62,777 nt of DNA. Origin: an uncultured virus (IMG/VR IMGVR_UViG_3300013137_002215). Its lineage: Duplodnaviria; Heunggongvirae; Uroviricota; Caudoviricetes. The stretch lies in IMG/VR virus record IMGVR_UViG_3300013137_002215; one strand, written 5' to 3'. Made by a program: the position numbers and the translations under genes. The notes beneath the pieces were generated by a model. The model was not told where the DNA came from and made no database searches. It saw nothing but the letters and a program-made list of their open reading frames with translations. Position 1 is the first letter of the stretch. Every line of letters begins with the position of its first letter. Positions 32,908 through 42,909 of this stretch are shown in pieces.

Positions 32908-35900
32908 TCAATAAACAGTATCAAATAGTGCATTATTACTATCTTCCCAAATTACATTATCACCATTTTCCCAAATCCAGTTATAATCATCGTAACTACT
33001 GCTAGAACTGCTGCTAGAGCTACTGCTAGAACTGCTGCTAGAGGTAAATATAACTTCTACTTCAGATTCTGTTACATAAATAGAACCAGAATTATCTACA
33101 GCTACACCAACAACATATAGTCCCTCTTCTGTACCAGTATAATCTTTAATTAATGAAGGTATACCATTTTGATTAATTCGTAGTATTCTTGTTTGCGTAA
33201 CTGTATCATAATCAACGACATATAAATTACCAGAACGATCCACGTCAGAATATAATAAATAATTATATTGAGAAGTTGTAGCATCGCCTAAATAATATCC
33301 TTTTGTTCCACTTCCAGAGAATCTTAATACATTGAAATTTCTATCTAATAATTTAATCTTAAAATTGCCAGTATCAAATATAAATATTTTACCCGATCCA
33401 TCTATACAAATTGAAAAAGGAGAACTTAATTGAGCATTAGTAGAAACTCCATAACTATCTCCTGCAATACCATTTCCCGCAACTGTTATTACCTGTGATG
33501 TTCCAGCCATTATATATCTAATAGCATGGTTATTAGTATCTGCAACAAATATATTACCCGACAAATCAACTGCCACATCTGATGGGCTATTAAATCTGGC
33601 ATTTTTCCCAACACCACCAACAAATCCACTTGCACCCGTAATACTTCCTGCTATCAACGTCACATATTGATCCGGTGTTATTTTACGTATTTGATTATTG
33701 CCAGTATCTGCAACATATAAATTTCCACTTGCATCAACAGTTAATCCCAGTGGTCCATTAAATCTTGCTAGACTTGCTTTAACACGATTATTTCCATTAT
33801 TACCAGATTGACCATTGATACCTGCCCATTGTCTTACTTCACCACTTGCAGATACTTTTAGAATAACATGTCTAACTGGATCTGAAACATAAATATTACC
33901 AGATTTATCAATACAAATCCCACTAATATCTGCACTATTAATAGAATATAATTGATTTTTACCGGCTAATAAGAATCCTTTATTACCTTCGCTACTAATA
34001 TAAGATAAACCATATTTCTTCAACTGATTCCATTTAGAAAGTACAAAACTGCTAGAAGAACTGGAAAATGTTGAAGAGGTAGACGAACTAAATCCAAACG
34101 AACTGCTGGAAGAACTAGAAGTAGACGAGCTGCTCCAATTTTCTACATACGAACTGCTGCTACTTGTTGAACTGGAACTAGTTGAACTTGAAGTAGAACT
34201 TGAACTTAAACTTGTTGAGGTAGATTGAGAAGATTTAGAACTCGTTGATCTGGAACTATGACTAGAAGAAAGAGAAGTACTTGAAGAAGAACTAAAACCA
34301 AATGAACTTGTAGAAGAACTAGAACTTGAACTGGATTTTGAACTAGAACTTGAACTGACACTTGAAGATGTAGAACTGCTGGAAGAACTCGTACTAGAAC
34401 TGGAACTAGAACTATACCCATAGGAACTGCTAGAACTCGTACTTGAACTTGAACTGGAACTATAACCATAAGAGCTGGATGAGCTTGTTGAGCTACTAGT
34501 AGAACTTGAACTTGAAAGAGTAGAACTGCTACTTGAAGTTGAACTGCTGCTTGAAGACGTAGAACTGCTTGTAGAACTACTTGAAGAACTAGAACTATAC
34601 CCATAGGAACTAGAAGAACTCGTTGAACTGCTCGTTGAACTGGAACTGCTTGACGTGCTGGACGAAGAAGAGCTACTACTTGAATGACTAGAAGAACTCG
34701 TACTAGAACTAGAACTAGAACTATAACCATAAGAACTGCTAGAAGAACTGGAAGAACTTGTAGAGCTAGAAGTATTTCCAATTGATTCGCTACTAGCAGA
34801 ACTACTGGAAGTTGATTCTCCCCCAATGCTTTCACTACTGGAACTTGATGTAGAAGTGCTACTTGACGAGCTTGAACTATGAGAACTTGACGATTCACTA
34901 CTACTACTGCTTAAAGCCATACTACTAGACGAACTTGAAGAACTACTACTAGAACTAAACGAACTACTTGAAGAACTAGATATACTAGAAGAACTATATT
35001 CATAACTACTAGAACTGCTTGTAGAACTACTTGAAGAAATACTAGAAGAACTACTAATGGTACTAGAAGAACTACTAGTAGAACTACTTGAAGAACTATA
35101 ACCAAAACTACTTGAAGAACTAGAAGAAGTAGACGTCGAGCTAGCACTGGACAAACTACTCAAGGTACTAGATGAACTACTTGTAGAACTTGAAGAACTA
35201 CTTGTAGAACTTGAAGTAGAACTACTAGAACTATACATCAAACTACTAGAACTGCTTGTAGAACTACTTGTAGAACTTGAAGAGCTGCTTGTAGAACTTG
35301 AAGTACTACTTGAAGTACTACTTGAAGAACTACTGGTAGAACTACTGGTACTGGAAGAAGAACTGCTTGAATAACTACTAGAACTGGAAGAACTATACAT
35401 CAAACTACTAGAACTGCTTGTACTGCTTGATGTAGAACTACTTGTACTGGAACTACTTGTAGAACTGTTTGAAGATTTGCTACTACTAGAACTACTAGAA
35501 CTACTAGAAACACTAGAACTTGAACTTAAATCATATTCGTCGCCATAATACAACAAATTATCAATGCCGCTATAATAATCTGCCTGAATCCATGCTGCAC
35601 CAATAGCATTTACATGAATTCTAATTTCATCTATAATTCCATTAAAATTATCAGTTAATCCAGTATTACCACCTAATATCACATCATAAACACTACCCGC
35701 AGCTAATGAACCCGCATACCCACTATCATATGTGCCATTAAAATAGAAACTATAGTCTGTACCATCAAAAACAACAGTAATAAAATATCTTGTACCCGAA
35801 ACAATAGTATTACTTAGAGCCTTATCTCCAGGTGTAGAAAAATTATAAACATATACTTTATTAGTACTTCCTACTCCCAAAGCAATACTTGAACCGCCAG

Positions 35901-37497
35901 CATCAAGCCTATGAAAAGTTAAAACCCTATCATTGTCAGCACCGGCATCTATTGTTTCAGGTTTTATCCATGCAGAAAAAGAAATGGGATAGTCTGCAGT
36001 AGGAATATAGACACTAGAAGGTCTTAAATCTATAAAATCTTGTGTTGCATTATCAAAATCCTGCGCCCATCCAGCAATTGCATCTGTTGTTCTTGCTGGA
36101 ACGTTTGATATACGACCTCCACCGCCACGACCATGATAGGCATTTGCAGTACTATCTTTAAATTCTCCCTCTGTTCCATTTCCACTTTCGGCTAAGTGAT
36201 ATACAGCCCTGTATGTACCTGCAGACCATACCGCCTTACCTGGAGTAGAAGTAATATCTCCGACATAAGTAATATTATCTGGTTTGGCGTTATCATAGTA
36301 CAAATATAAATAAGCAGCTTCATTGGCGGTCATTTCTTCTGCTACGTTTACCCATAACCATGCCTCAGAAGTAGCAGGTGTTCCAGTATAATTCCAACGT
36401 TCTATTTCTACAAATGTTTGTGTTTCACCATCACACAAGGTTACTGCAATTTTATATTTGTTATTTCCAATTTCAGAAAAAATACCAGTAATGTCTTTGT
36501 TATTAACTCCAGAAGAACCAGAAATGTGCACCAAAACAGGATAGTCTATAATTCTTTCTAATATTTTTGAGTTATCAACTTTAATTTCTATTCGTTTATT
36601 CCAACTATCAAGCCATCTATATCCACAATTTAAAGAAGAACTTGAACTTGTACTGCTGGAAGAAAAACTAGAACTACTCGTTGAACTAGAAGACATAGAA
36701 CTGCTTGTAGAACTAGAACTTACAGAAGAACTAGAAGAACTTGAAGAACTTGATGAACTGCTCCAGTTTTTTACATATGATGTGCTGGACGAACTACTTG
36801 TGGAACTACTCGTAGAACTACTTGATGTGGAACTTGAAGTACTAGAAGAACTGCTGCTGGACCACGTAGACGGTTTTAAGGCAATTTGATAACTTATATT
36901 CCTTGCAACCGTAGCAGAAGTTATATTACCCGTACCAGTAGCGGTACTTTCTGGGCGCAAAGCATAACCCATTGCTCCACTAATTGTTGTACTATAAGAT
37001 GCGTCAAAAGCTTCAAGCCACGTTGCAGGATTTGAGGTGGTAACACTATACCCACTATAAGTAGTATTAATTACTTTCATACCGGTCAATAAAATCATAC
37101 AATTAGCTTCAGGTCTGATTGTTGCTGGTGCTAAATTAGCCGAATTTTGTGTTTTAATACTACTTGCGCTTATTGGACCAGTAGGATTTTCTATTTCACA
37201 ATCTATCCATGCAGTTATCCAACCAATATTAGAAGATGAGGTTCCTGTAAAAGTAAAACTAACAGCAGCAACATCTGTAGAAGTAGCAATTTTATAAAAA
37301 GTTGCACTTCTAAAAGTATTACTTCCTTGCCGTATTTGTGTCCAACCAACAGGAGCAGTAATTACAGTTGTTGTGCTAGTAAACCCACAAACCGCAATCA
37401 TTAAGTCATTAACTGTTAGTCCTACAGGTTTTGTAATAACACAACTGGCAGACGTTGCGCCTGGACTAGAGCCTGTTGATCTAAACGATATTGCCAT
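32908..37497 (-). CDS. large virion/surface protein: DUF2341-like + LamG + poly-Ser + NHL
   Basis: WNKRIEI..DYPVLV, EIERW..AWLWV, YRAVYHL, FNGIIDEIRI; several hundred Ser residues; C-terminal NHL repeats. Confidence 0.8.
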   Translation of the reverse strand: MAISFRSTGSSPGATSASCVITKPVGLTVNDLMIAVCGFTSTTTVITAPVGWTQIRQGSNTFRSATFYKIATSTDVAAVSFTFTGTSSSNIGWITAWIDCEIENPTGPISASSIKTQNSANLAPATIRPEANCMILLTGMKVINTTYSGYSVTTSNPATWLEAFDASYSTTISGAMGYALRPESTATGTGNITSATVARNISYQIALKPSTWSSSSSSSTSSSTSSSSTSSSTSSSSSTSYVKNWSSSSSSSSSSSSSVSSSSTSSSMSSSSTSSSSFSSSSTSSSSSLNCGYRWLDSWNKRIEIKVDNSKILERIIDYPVLVHISGSSGVNNKDITGIFSEIGNNKYKIAVTLCDGETQTFVEIERWNYTGTPATSEAWLWVNVAEEMTANEAAYLYLYYDNAKPDNITYVGDITSTPGKAVWSAGTYRAVYHLAESGNGTEGEFKDSTANAYHGRGGGGRISNVPARTTDAIAGWAQDFDNATQDFIDLRPSSVYIPTADYPISFSAWIKPETIDAGADNDRVLTFHRLDAGGSSIALGVGSTNKVYVYNFSTPGDKALSNTIVSGTRYFITVVFDGTDYSFYFNGTYDSGYAGSLAAGSVYDVILGGNTGLTDNFNGIIDEIRIHVNAIGAAWIQADYYSGIDNLLYYGDEYDLSSSSSVSSSSSSSSSSKSSNSSTSSSSTSSSTSSSTSSSSSLMYSSSSSSSYSSSSSSSTSSSTSSSSSSTSSSTSSSTSSSSSSTSSSTSSSSSLMYSSSSSTSSSTSSSSSSTSSSSSTLSSLSSASSTSTSSSSSSSFGYSSSSSSTSSSSSTISSSSSISSSSSTSSSSSYEYSSSSISSSSSSSFSSSSSSSSSSSSMALSSSSSESSSSHSSSSSSSTSTSSSSSESIGGESTSSSSASSESIGNTSSSTSSSSSSSSSYGYSSSSSSSTSSSSHSSSSSSSSSTSSSSSSTSSSTSSSSSYGYSSSSSSSSTSSSTSSSSSSTSSSSSTLSSSSSTSSSTSSSSSYGYSSSSSSSTSSSSSYGYSSSSSSSTSSSSSSTSSSVSSSSSSKSSSSSSSSTSSFGFSSSSSTSLSSSHSSRSTSSKSSQSTSTSLSSSSTSSSTSSSSTSSSSSYVENWSSSSTSSSSSSSFGFSSSTSSTFSSSSSSFVLSKWNQLKKYGLSYISSEGNKGFLLAGKNQLYSINSADISGICIDKSGNIYVSDPVRHVILKVSASGEVRQWAGINGQSGNNGNNRVKASLARFNGPLGLTVDASGNLYVADTGNNQIRKITPDQYVTLIAGSITGASGFVGGVGKNARFNSPSDVAVDLSGNIFVADTNNHAIRYIMAGTSQVITVAGNGIAGDSYGVSTNAQLSSPFSICIDGSGKIFIFDTGNFKIKLLDRNFNVLRFSGSGTKGYYLGDATTSQYNYLLYSDVDRSGNLYVVDYDTVTQTRILRINQNGIPSLIKDYTGTEEGLYVVGVAVDNSGSIYVTESEVEVIFTSSSSSSSSSSSSSSSSYDDYNWIWENGDNVIWEDSNNALFDTVY

Positions 37498-37565
37498 TAA
37501 ATAAGCCTATTTTTGATACAAAATCCCATTATTATTTCTTAAAATAAAACACATATTCCTATAAA

Positions 37566-37605
37566 AAAATAAAAGAACGAGAAATCAATCTCGCTCTTTT
37601 ATTTT
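37566..37605. terminator. intrinsic terminator
   Basis: aaaataaaagaacgaga...tctcgctcttttatttt. Confidence 0.75.
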
Positions 37606-37623
37606 AACAATGATATCCGTGTA

Positions 37624-39009
37624 TTATTTTGCGCTTGTACTTGAGCTATGTGAACTGGAACTGGTACTCTTACTGGATTGAGAACTTCTACTCTGACTTG
37701 AACTTGATGTAGAACTTGATGTAGAACTTGATGTAGAACTTGAACTAGAACTGGAGCTTTTTGAACTTGATGTAGAACTTGAACTGGAACTGGAGCTTTT
37801 TGAACTTGAACTAGAACTAGAGCTAGAACAATTACCAGCCGCTATACTTCCAGACTCATTCTCATAAGTACCATCTGGGCAACCACCCGCCACATCCTTA
37901 TTAGTTACCCAATTAATTTCCGCAGTAGGATAAGTTAAAGAAACTGCCCAATAATCGGCACCAACAGTACTAAACCATAAATAATATGTACCATTATTAT
38001 AAACCGCTTCATTATTATAATATGCGCCTGTCCAGCTATATGTACCATTTATATTGTTTGTTGCAAAACTATTAGCACAATATTCAGATTCACAACCTTG
38101 CAAACTACTACTTGAGGAACTGGTACTTGAAGAACTGCTGGTAGAACTACTGCTGGTAGAACTACTAGAAGAAGTAGAAGAGCTGTTTGTAGAACTTGAA
38201 GAACTTGTAGTAGAACTACTTGAAGAACTTGATAAAGACGACATAGTACTACTAGAACTGCTTAAAGTGCTGCTCGAAGAACTAGTAGAAGAACTACTGG
38301 TAGAACTAGAACTACTACTCCAATTTTCTATATATGAACTACTTGAAGAACTACTGGTAGAACTAGAACTACTACTCCAATTTTCTATATATGAACTACT
38401 TGAAGAACTACTGGAAGACGAAGTACTTGAAGACGTGCTTGAACTACTTGAACTGCTCCAACCCAACATATAGGAACTGCTTGACGAACTACTGGAAGAC
38501 GTACTAGAACTACTTGTTGAGCTACTTGAACTGCTACTCTTAGAGCTTGACGAAGTACTTGAAGAACTTGAAGTGCTAGAACTTGAACTGCTCCTAGAAC
38601 TACTACTGCTAGAACTGCTTTGCGAACTACTGGAAGTACTACTAGAACTACTGGAACTGCTGCTTGAACTACCCGCCGCATCAAATTGAGGCGTTCCGGT
38701 TGCTTCTTCACCGGAACCAGGAAAACCAGCTAAACTTTTCCAACTACTAGAAATAGGAGTTGTACCACTTACCATATATAATGGCTTCTCAATTCTTACA
38801 CATTCTTGAGTACCACCATATGTTTTAAATATATAATAAGCGGGACTGAAAGAATAAGGACCATATTGTGCAGCATATCCTATAAACAAAGAAGAATCAG
38901 TAATTTTTGTATATAACGGATAACCATTCCAATCTCTTGTATAAAGATAGGTTCCGTTAACTTCATTATTACCGAACCCTAGAACCTTAACTTTGTCACC
39001 TGTTCCCAT
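37624..39009 (-). CDS. poly-Ser protein with two related small beta domains
   Basis: NNEVNGTYLY..NGYPLY and NNINGTYSW..NNEAVY domains separated by Ser tracts. Confidence 0.75.
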   Translation of the reverse strand: MGTGDKVKVLGFGNNEVNGTYLYTRDWNGYPLYTKITDSSLFIGYAAQYGPYSFSPAYYIFKTYGGTQECVRIEKPLYMVSGTTPISSSWKSLAGFPGSGEEATGTPQFDAAGSSSSSSSSSSSTSSSSQSSSSSSSSRSSSSSSTSSSSSTSSSSKSSSSSSSTSSSSTSSSSSSSSSYMLGWSSSSSSSTSSSTSSSSSSSSSSYIENWSSSSSSTSSSSSSSYIENWSSSSSSTSSSSTSSSSSTLSSSSSTMSSLSSSSSSSTTSSSSSTNSSSTSSSSSTSSSSTSSSSSTSSSSSSLQGCESEYCANSFATNNINGTYSWTGAYYNNEAVYNNGTYYLWFSTVGADYWAVSLTYPTAEINWVTNKDVAGGCPDGTYENESGSIAAGNCSSSSSSSSSKSSSSSSSSTSSSKSSSSSSSSTSSSTSSSTSSSSQSRSSQSSKSTSSSSHSSSTSAK

Positions 39010-39066
39010 AATATATCCTATTATTTAGTAAAATTTAAATTAATTTCCTGCATTTATTTAATCTTA

Positions 39067-39309
39067 TCATTTTTTATCTTTGTTTTCCTCTATTTCTTTA
39101 CCATTACTTTCGCCATTTCCATTAAATATTCTGCTTTTACTGAAATAAGCATATAATACTATTAATGTTATTTCATTTATTCTATCATCTGACAGCATTC
39201 CATTTAAAGCCAAATAAGCATAGACATACGCAACTACAAGAGTAAAAATGAAACGCCCAGAAGTTACTTTCAGAATAAATCTTTCCAAGATATCCCATCC
39301 ATTTTTCAT
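39067..39309 (-). CDS. small membrane protein (holin-like)
   Basis: two hydrophobic segments and a charged C-terminus. Confidence 0.5.
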   Translation of the reverse strand: MKNGWDILERFILKVTSGRFIFTLVVAYVYAYLALNGMLSDDRINEITLIVLYAYFSKSRIFNGNGESNGKEIEENKDKK

Positions 39310-39375
39310 AAAAAGACTCCTATGTATATATTATTTTTCAATAATATATTTATAGAATCCTTTATTGGAAAAAGA

Positions 39376-39465
39376 TTATTTAGGAAGATTTATCTTTGTA
39401 ACTTTGCCGAAGATCCTATGTGTCCATCCATTATCGTGGCCATGATTATTAGATATCAGATAACC
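39376..39465 (-). pseudogene. 3' gene fragment (S24/S26-like C-terminus) abutting the IS607 right end
   Basis: GYLISNNHGHDNGWTHRIFGKVTKINLPK* with no start codon. Confidence 0.55.
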
Positions 39466-39470
39466 GTTCC

Positions 39471-40727
39471 TTATAAACGAGACAATTCTGGACATGCCAA
39501 AATCGTCTGATTTTCTGGTTTGTAACAGGAACCGTATTTTCCTGTAAGAAATCGCTGAACTATATTCAAGGCTGCATTTATGTCAGCATTGTCAGTATAA
39601 CCACAAGCCTGACACTTGAACACTTCACCATTACGATTTCTACTATCGGCTAAGTTACAGACTGGACATGTTATACTAGTATTATAAGGCAAAACTGTAC
39701 GAAAGGAAGTACGACTTTCTTCACACAGTTGTTCCAGCCTCATTAACCAGTAAGCATAATTCCAGCTACCGATAGAAGAACGAATATTTTTACTCAATCG
39801 TCCTTTGAGTTTTGAATTTGAGTTCAAATTACTAAGTTTCTCTACTACAACCAAATCCTTATCTTTAAGAACTTCTTTTGCTACTTCATTAATTCTTTGT
39901 TTAATAGTATTAATTGCTCTTTTCTTTCCCTTTGACCCTTTTTGACAGCGTTTAGATTTTTCAATTAGTTGTTTGATATCTGTTCCAAATTGTTCTTTTT
40001 CAGATGTTGAAGCTAAAGCATTAATTCCAGTATCAATTCCAATAATGTTTTTGACTTCTTTTTTAGGTCCAGTTTCTTTTTCAAAACCAAATTGAACATA
40101 ATCTTTAGTGATTATATAAGAATTAAGTCTTTGTGCTTTTTGTTGTAACTCTCTGTAGTGTTTATGGAATTTAATAGGAATATCAAGTGTTATCTTATTA
40201 CCAATAGAGGCTAAATGCAACCAAGCGTCAAATTCTTTAGTTTGTCTTTTAGGTTTCTGTAACTCTCCAATAGTACAAGAAACCGACATCTTTGTTCCTT
40301 TATGTTTTGGTTTATGTGGCTGAATCATTAATATCTTAGATTTGTTAGCTTTGAGTTTTTTATGCCAATTATTAATTTTTCTTCTGTTCTCTTTTGTATT
40401 TGGTTGGGTAATCTTAATCTTCTTTTCTAAAGCATCAATGGTATTTTGTATTTGTTCTTTGTTCCATTCAAAAACATTCTTAACTGAACTAACCATATCT
40501 ATTGCTTCTCTTGCTGCTACCTTTCTTAAACGAGCAGACAACCAAGTATCTTTAGGAATATCCACAATAGGTTTAAGCAATTGAGTCTTATCTACTTTCT
40601 TATCCCAAAAATAATCAATGAAGATATTAACTATTTTACCATACTCTTGAAGTATAGTTTGTAGTTCTATCTTCTTTTTATTTGTAGCGAATTTAACACT
40701 ACATTTACTTGACCTGATTATTTTCAT
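39471..40727 (-). CDS. tnpB: TnpB RNA-guided endonuclease
   Basis: RuvC GIDTG / VVEKL / NADINAA; Zn finger CPVC..CQAC. Confidence 0.92.
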   Translation of the reverse strand: MKIIRSSKCSVKFATNKKKIELQTILQEYGKIVNIFIDYFWDKKVDKTQLLKPIVDIPKDTWLSARLRKVAAREAIDMVSSVKNVFEWNKEQIQNTIDALEKKIKITQPNTKENRRKINNWHKKLKANKSKILMIQPHKPKHKGTKMSVSCTIGELQKPKRQTKEFDAWLHLASIGNKITLDIPIKFHKHYRELQQKAQRLNSYIITKDYVQFGFEKETGPKKEVKNIIGIDTGINALASTSEKEQFGTDIKQLIEKSKRCQKGSKGKKRAINTIKQRINEVAKEVLKDKDLVVVEKLSNLNSNSKLKGRLSKNIRSSIGSWNYAYWLMRLEQLCEESRTSFRTVLPYNTSITCPVCNLADSRNRNGEVFKCQACGYTDNADINAALNIVQRFLTGKYGSCYKPENQTILACPELSRL

Positions 40728-41110
40728 TATGTATCTAACAATATTACTTTGTCACTATCTTCATCATACATTTCTATTCTAACAATAGCATCCCTTATAT
40801 TACCAGAAAAGTAAAACTGTCCAATTTGTTCTTCTTCGTCTCCAATAACACTATGAAAATCTTGTTGCAAATTTCCCATTTTTCTCTGATCCAAAACAAT
40901 TGTTACTTGAGGTGAATTATCTATATTTGATTGTTTTTCGGCATAATGATTAGTTATATTTTCTTGATTGTCGCCAACATAAAGATTATTTACATTATAA
41001 TCATTCGATTTAATTTTTTCAAATTGTTTCAAAGAAGTTCCATGATATAATAATTTGAGGACATATTGCTCACACAATTTTTCAAACTTGCTTGTTTTGT
41101 AAATCTTCAT
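40727..41110 (-). CDS. cargo protein, possible ADP-ribosyltransferase-like fold
   Basis: MKIYKTSK start; LLYHGTS ... HYA pattern. Confidence 0.55.
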   Translation of the reverse strand: MKIYKTSKFEKLCEQYVLKLLYHGTSLKQFEKIKSNDYNVNNLYVGDNQENITNHYAEKQSNIDNSPQVTIVLDQRKMGNLQQDFHSVIGDEEEQIGQFYFSGNIRDAIVRIEMYDEDSDKVILLDT

Positions 41111-41714
41111 TTTTCTTTTTTCTCCTATCACCACTACGTTTCCCGTAAAATTTGCCACTAAAAGATGATATTAATGCCATAATATCTCTTGCAAATTCCT
41201 GTTCGTATGGCAAGTTTTCTCCATCGTCAACATATTCAATTTTAACATCAAAAGCTCCAAAGAATTCCTCAAAAACATTAAACTGAAATCTTGTCAGCCT
41301 GTCCTTGTGCTCAATAATAACTTTTGAAATCTGTTTTTCTACTACTAATTTGAATAATTTTTGTAATTTAGGTCTTGTTCCAGAAAGACCAGAACCAACA
41401 TCTTCTAATATATGTTCTACCTTATATCCTTGTTTTACACAATATTCTACCATTCTATTTCTTTGTCGTTCTAAATCGCCCTTTGCCTTCTGCTCATGAC
41501 TACTTACTCTAACATAAATGCAACATGGTCTATTTTTAATAGGTTTGGGATTATATTGACCTAAAAATTTCTCCACAACATCAGAATCATATCGTCTAGT
41601 TCCTTTAGTAACTCTAATAGACGGGAGCGTTCCATCTTCGTCCCATCTATGAAGAGTTTTATATGTTACACCTACTAAAGATGCAACTTCTTTAATTGTT
41701 AGAACTTTTTTCAT
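41082..41714 (-). CDS. tnpA: IS607 serine recombinase TnpA
   Basis: MerR-like HTH (TLHRWDEDG), YVRVSS..QK.DLERQ, EDVGSG, DRLTRF, SFSGKFYGKRS. Confidence 0.93.
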   Translation of the reverse strand: MKKVLTIKEVASLVGVTYKTLHRWDEDGTLPSIRVTKGTRRYDSDVVEKFLGQYNPKPIKNRPCCIYVRVSSHEQKAKGDLERQRNRMVEYCVKQGYKVEHILEDVGSGLSGTRPKLQKLFKLVVEKQISKVIIEHKDRLTRFQFNVFEEFFGAFDVKIEYVDDGENLPYEQEFARDIMALISSFSGKFYGKRSGDRRKKKNEDLQNKQV

Positions 41715-41919
41715 CAGTTTTAGTAAAATTCTTATTTCTACTCTGCATAACAAGAGTATCAACCAAAATTTTAGAATTAGCATATATCTCATTAAATTCT
41801 TTTAATGACAACGCTTCATCTAATTCAAATGGCAATGGATATATATCTCCATTATCCAATTCAAACTCTGTTTTAGTTACTCTTACAACTTTCATTCCTG
41901 TTACCTTTTTAGACTTCAT
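41692..41919 (-). CDS. small ORF upstream of tnpA inside IS607
   Basis: SD GGAGA; MKVVRVTKTEFELDNG; overlaps tnpA start. Confidence 0.6.
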   Translation of the reverse strand: MKSKKVTGMKVVRVTKTEFELDNGDIYPLPFELDEALSLKEFNEIYANSKILVDTLVMQSRNKNFTKTDEKSSNN

Positions 41920-42029
41920 TTAGTCTTCTCCTAATTATTTACTCAAATGGATGTCAAAATCCTCTATTTATTTTTAACTATTTTATAGTATTATACAGAA
42001 ATGTCAAGATTTATAAGAAACGGTTTCAA

Positions 42030-42091
42030 CCCCTAAAGAAATCCCACCTACAATCTTGAGCAGTTACAGAAAATAACAGTTTTTTGCTCAT
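42030..42091 (-). pseudogene. 5' fragment of RF-1/GGQ-domain (release-factor-like) gene cut by IS607
   Basis: MSKKLLFSVTAQDCRWDFFRG truncated where SGxGGQ would be expected; TGTATAAT directly upstream. Confidence 0.6.
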
Positions 42092-42130
42092 ATAATTATT
42101 ATACAAAATTTAAGAATTAGAAAACAATAA

Positions 42131-42613
42131 TTAATCTTTACCGCGCATTAACAACCATTTTTCGTCGCCAATATTAACCAACGTCCATTTACCTTTATAT
42201 TTGCCAGTTAATACTTCAAATTTCCATTTTTTATTGTCTTTTTCTATTGTTTTATATTCGGACTTGGCATCTATTATTACTTTACCTGCGCCATAACCTT
42301 CTGGGAGAGTACCTTCAAAATTGGAATATGATAATGGATGTGATTCAACGGAAATTGCAAGATGTTTATTACCTTTTTCCGGCATTCCTTTTCTAACTGC
42401 CCAAGATTCTAACACCCCATTATTTTCTAATCTTAAATCGTAGTGAAGATGGGCTTTATGTGCATCGTGTTTTTGGACAACAAATATGGGGTTTTTTGTT
42501 TGTTTTATAGCGCCATTTTCAGGTTCTGGAGTTATATTAAAATCACGTTTCTCTTTGTATTCTTTAAGCGATTCTTTAGATTCTATATGGCGCTTTAGAT
42601 TAAATTGTGACAT
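42131..42613 (-). CDS. LigD 3'-phosphoesterase domain protein
   Basis: YKEKRDFNITPEP, FVVQKHDA..LHYDLRLE, SWAVRKG, GYGAG. Confidence 0.9.
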   Translation of the reverse strand: MSQFNLKRHIESKESLKEYKEKRDFNITPEPENGAIKQTKNPIFVVQKHDAHKAHLHYDLRLENNGVLESWAVRKGMPEKGNKHLAISVESHPLSYSNFEGTLPEGYGAGKVIIDAKSEYKTIEKDNKKWKFEVLTGKYKGKWTLVNIGDEKWLLMRGKD

Positions 42614-42658
42614 GATGGATATTTCTGGAAAAGATTATGAAGTTCCTGTGATAAAATT

Positions 42659-42732
42659 TCAGGGCGGAGGGGATCGAACCCTCGTAACCATGGTCCCAAG
42701 CCATGTGGACAACCAACTGTCTCCACGCCCTG
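42659..42732 (-). tRNA. tRNA-Pro(UGG)
   Basis: cloverleaf; anticodon arm CATGG-CT TGG GA-CCATG; TTCGA T-loop. Confidence 0.9.
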
Positions 42733-42738
42733 TTAAAT

Positions 42739-42816
42739 TGGCACGGCAGAGGGGACTCGAACCCCCAAAGTTCGGGATGAAAACCCGATGAAGTTAGCCA
42801 ATTTTTCTACTGCCGC
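42739..42816 (-). tRNA. tRNA-Glu(UUC)
   Basis: TCGGG-TT TTC AT-CCCGA; encoded CCA. Confidence 0.9.
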
Positions 42817-42829
42817 ATATAAATTATTT

Positions 42830-42905
42830 TGGTAGGCGCATCCAGAATTGAACTGGAAACTAAACCGTATCAGGATTTCGTGATGGACCTTTTCACCATG
42901 CGCCC
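42830..42905 (-). tRNA. tRNA-Ile(GAU)
   Basis: AAATC-CT GAT AC-GGTTT; encoded CCA. Confidence 0.88.
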
Positions 42906-42909
42906 ATAC

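Larger units (their letters stand above)
39464..42031 (-). mobile_element. IS607-family element with two extra ORFs
   Basis: tnpA + tnpB; GG at both junctions; imperfect inverted ends AACCGTTYCTTATAAA at 39462 and 42025. Confidence 0.85.

Noticed and set aside
34060..35530. gaactact/gaacttga repeats as a possible CRISPR array or satellite
   Set aside because: No fixed repeat-spacer period; the repeats are in-frame Ser codons
38054..38473. Leu/Glu-rich plus-strand ORF, and Val/Leu/Gln-rich ORFs at 28964, 34206, 34911 and 38385
   Set aside because: Antisense or off-frame shadows of the poly-Ser codons
42486..42791. ORF-track calls at 42486, 55048 and 56792, and the 5' extension of 54671
   Set aside because: They overlap tRNA genes or real CDSs and are not plausible proteins
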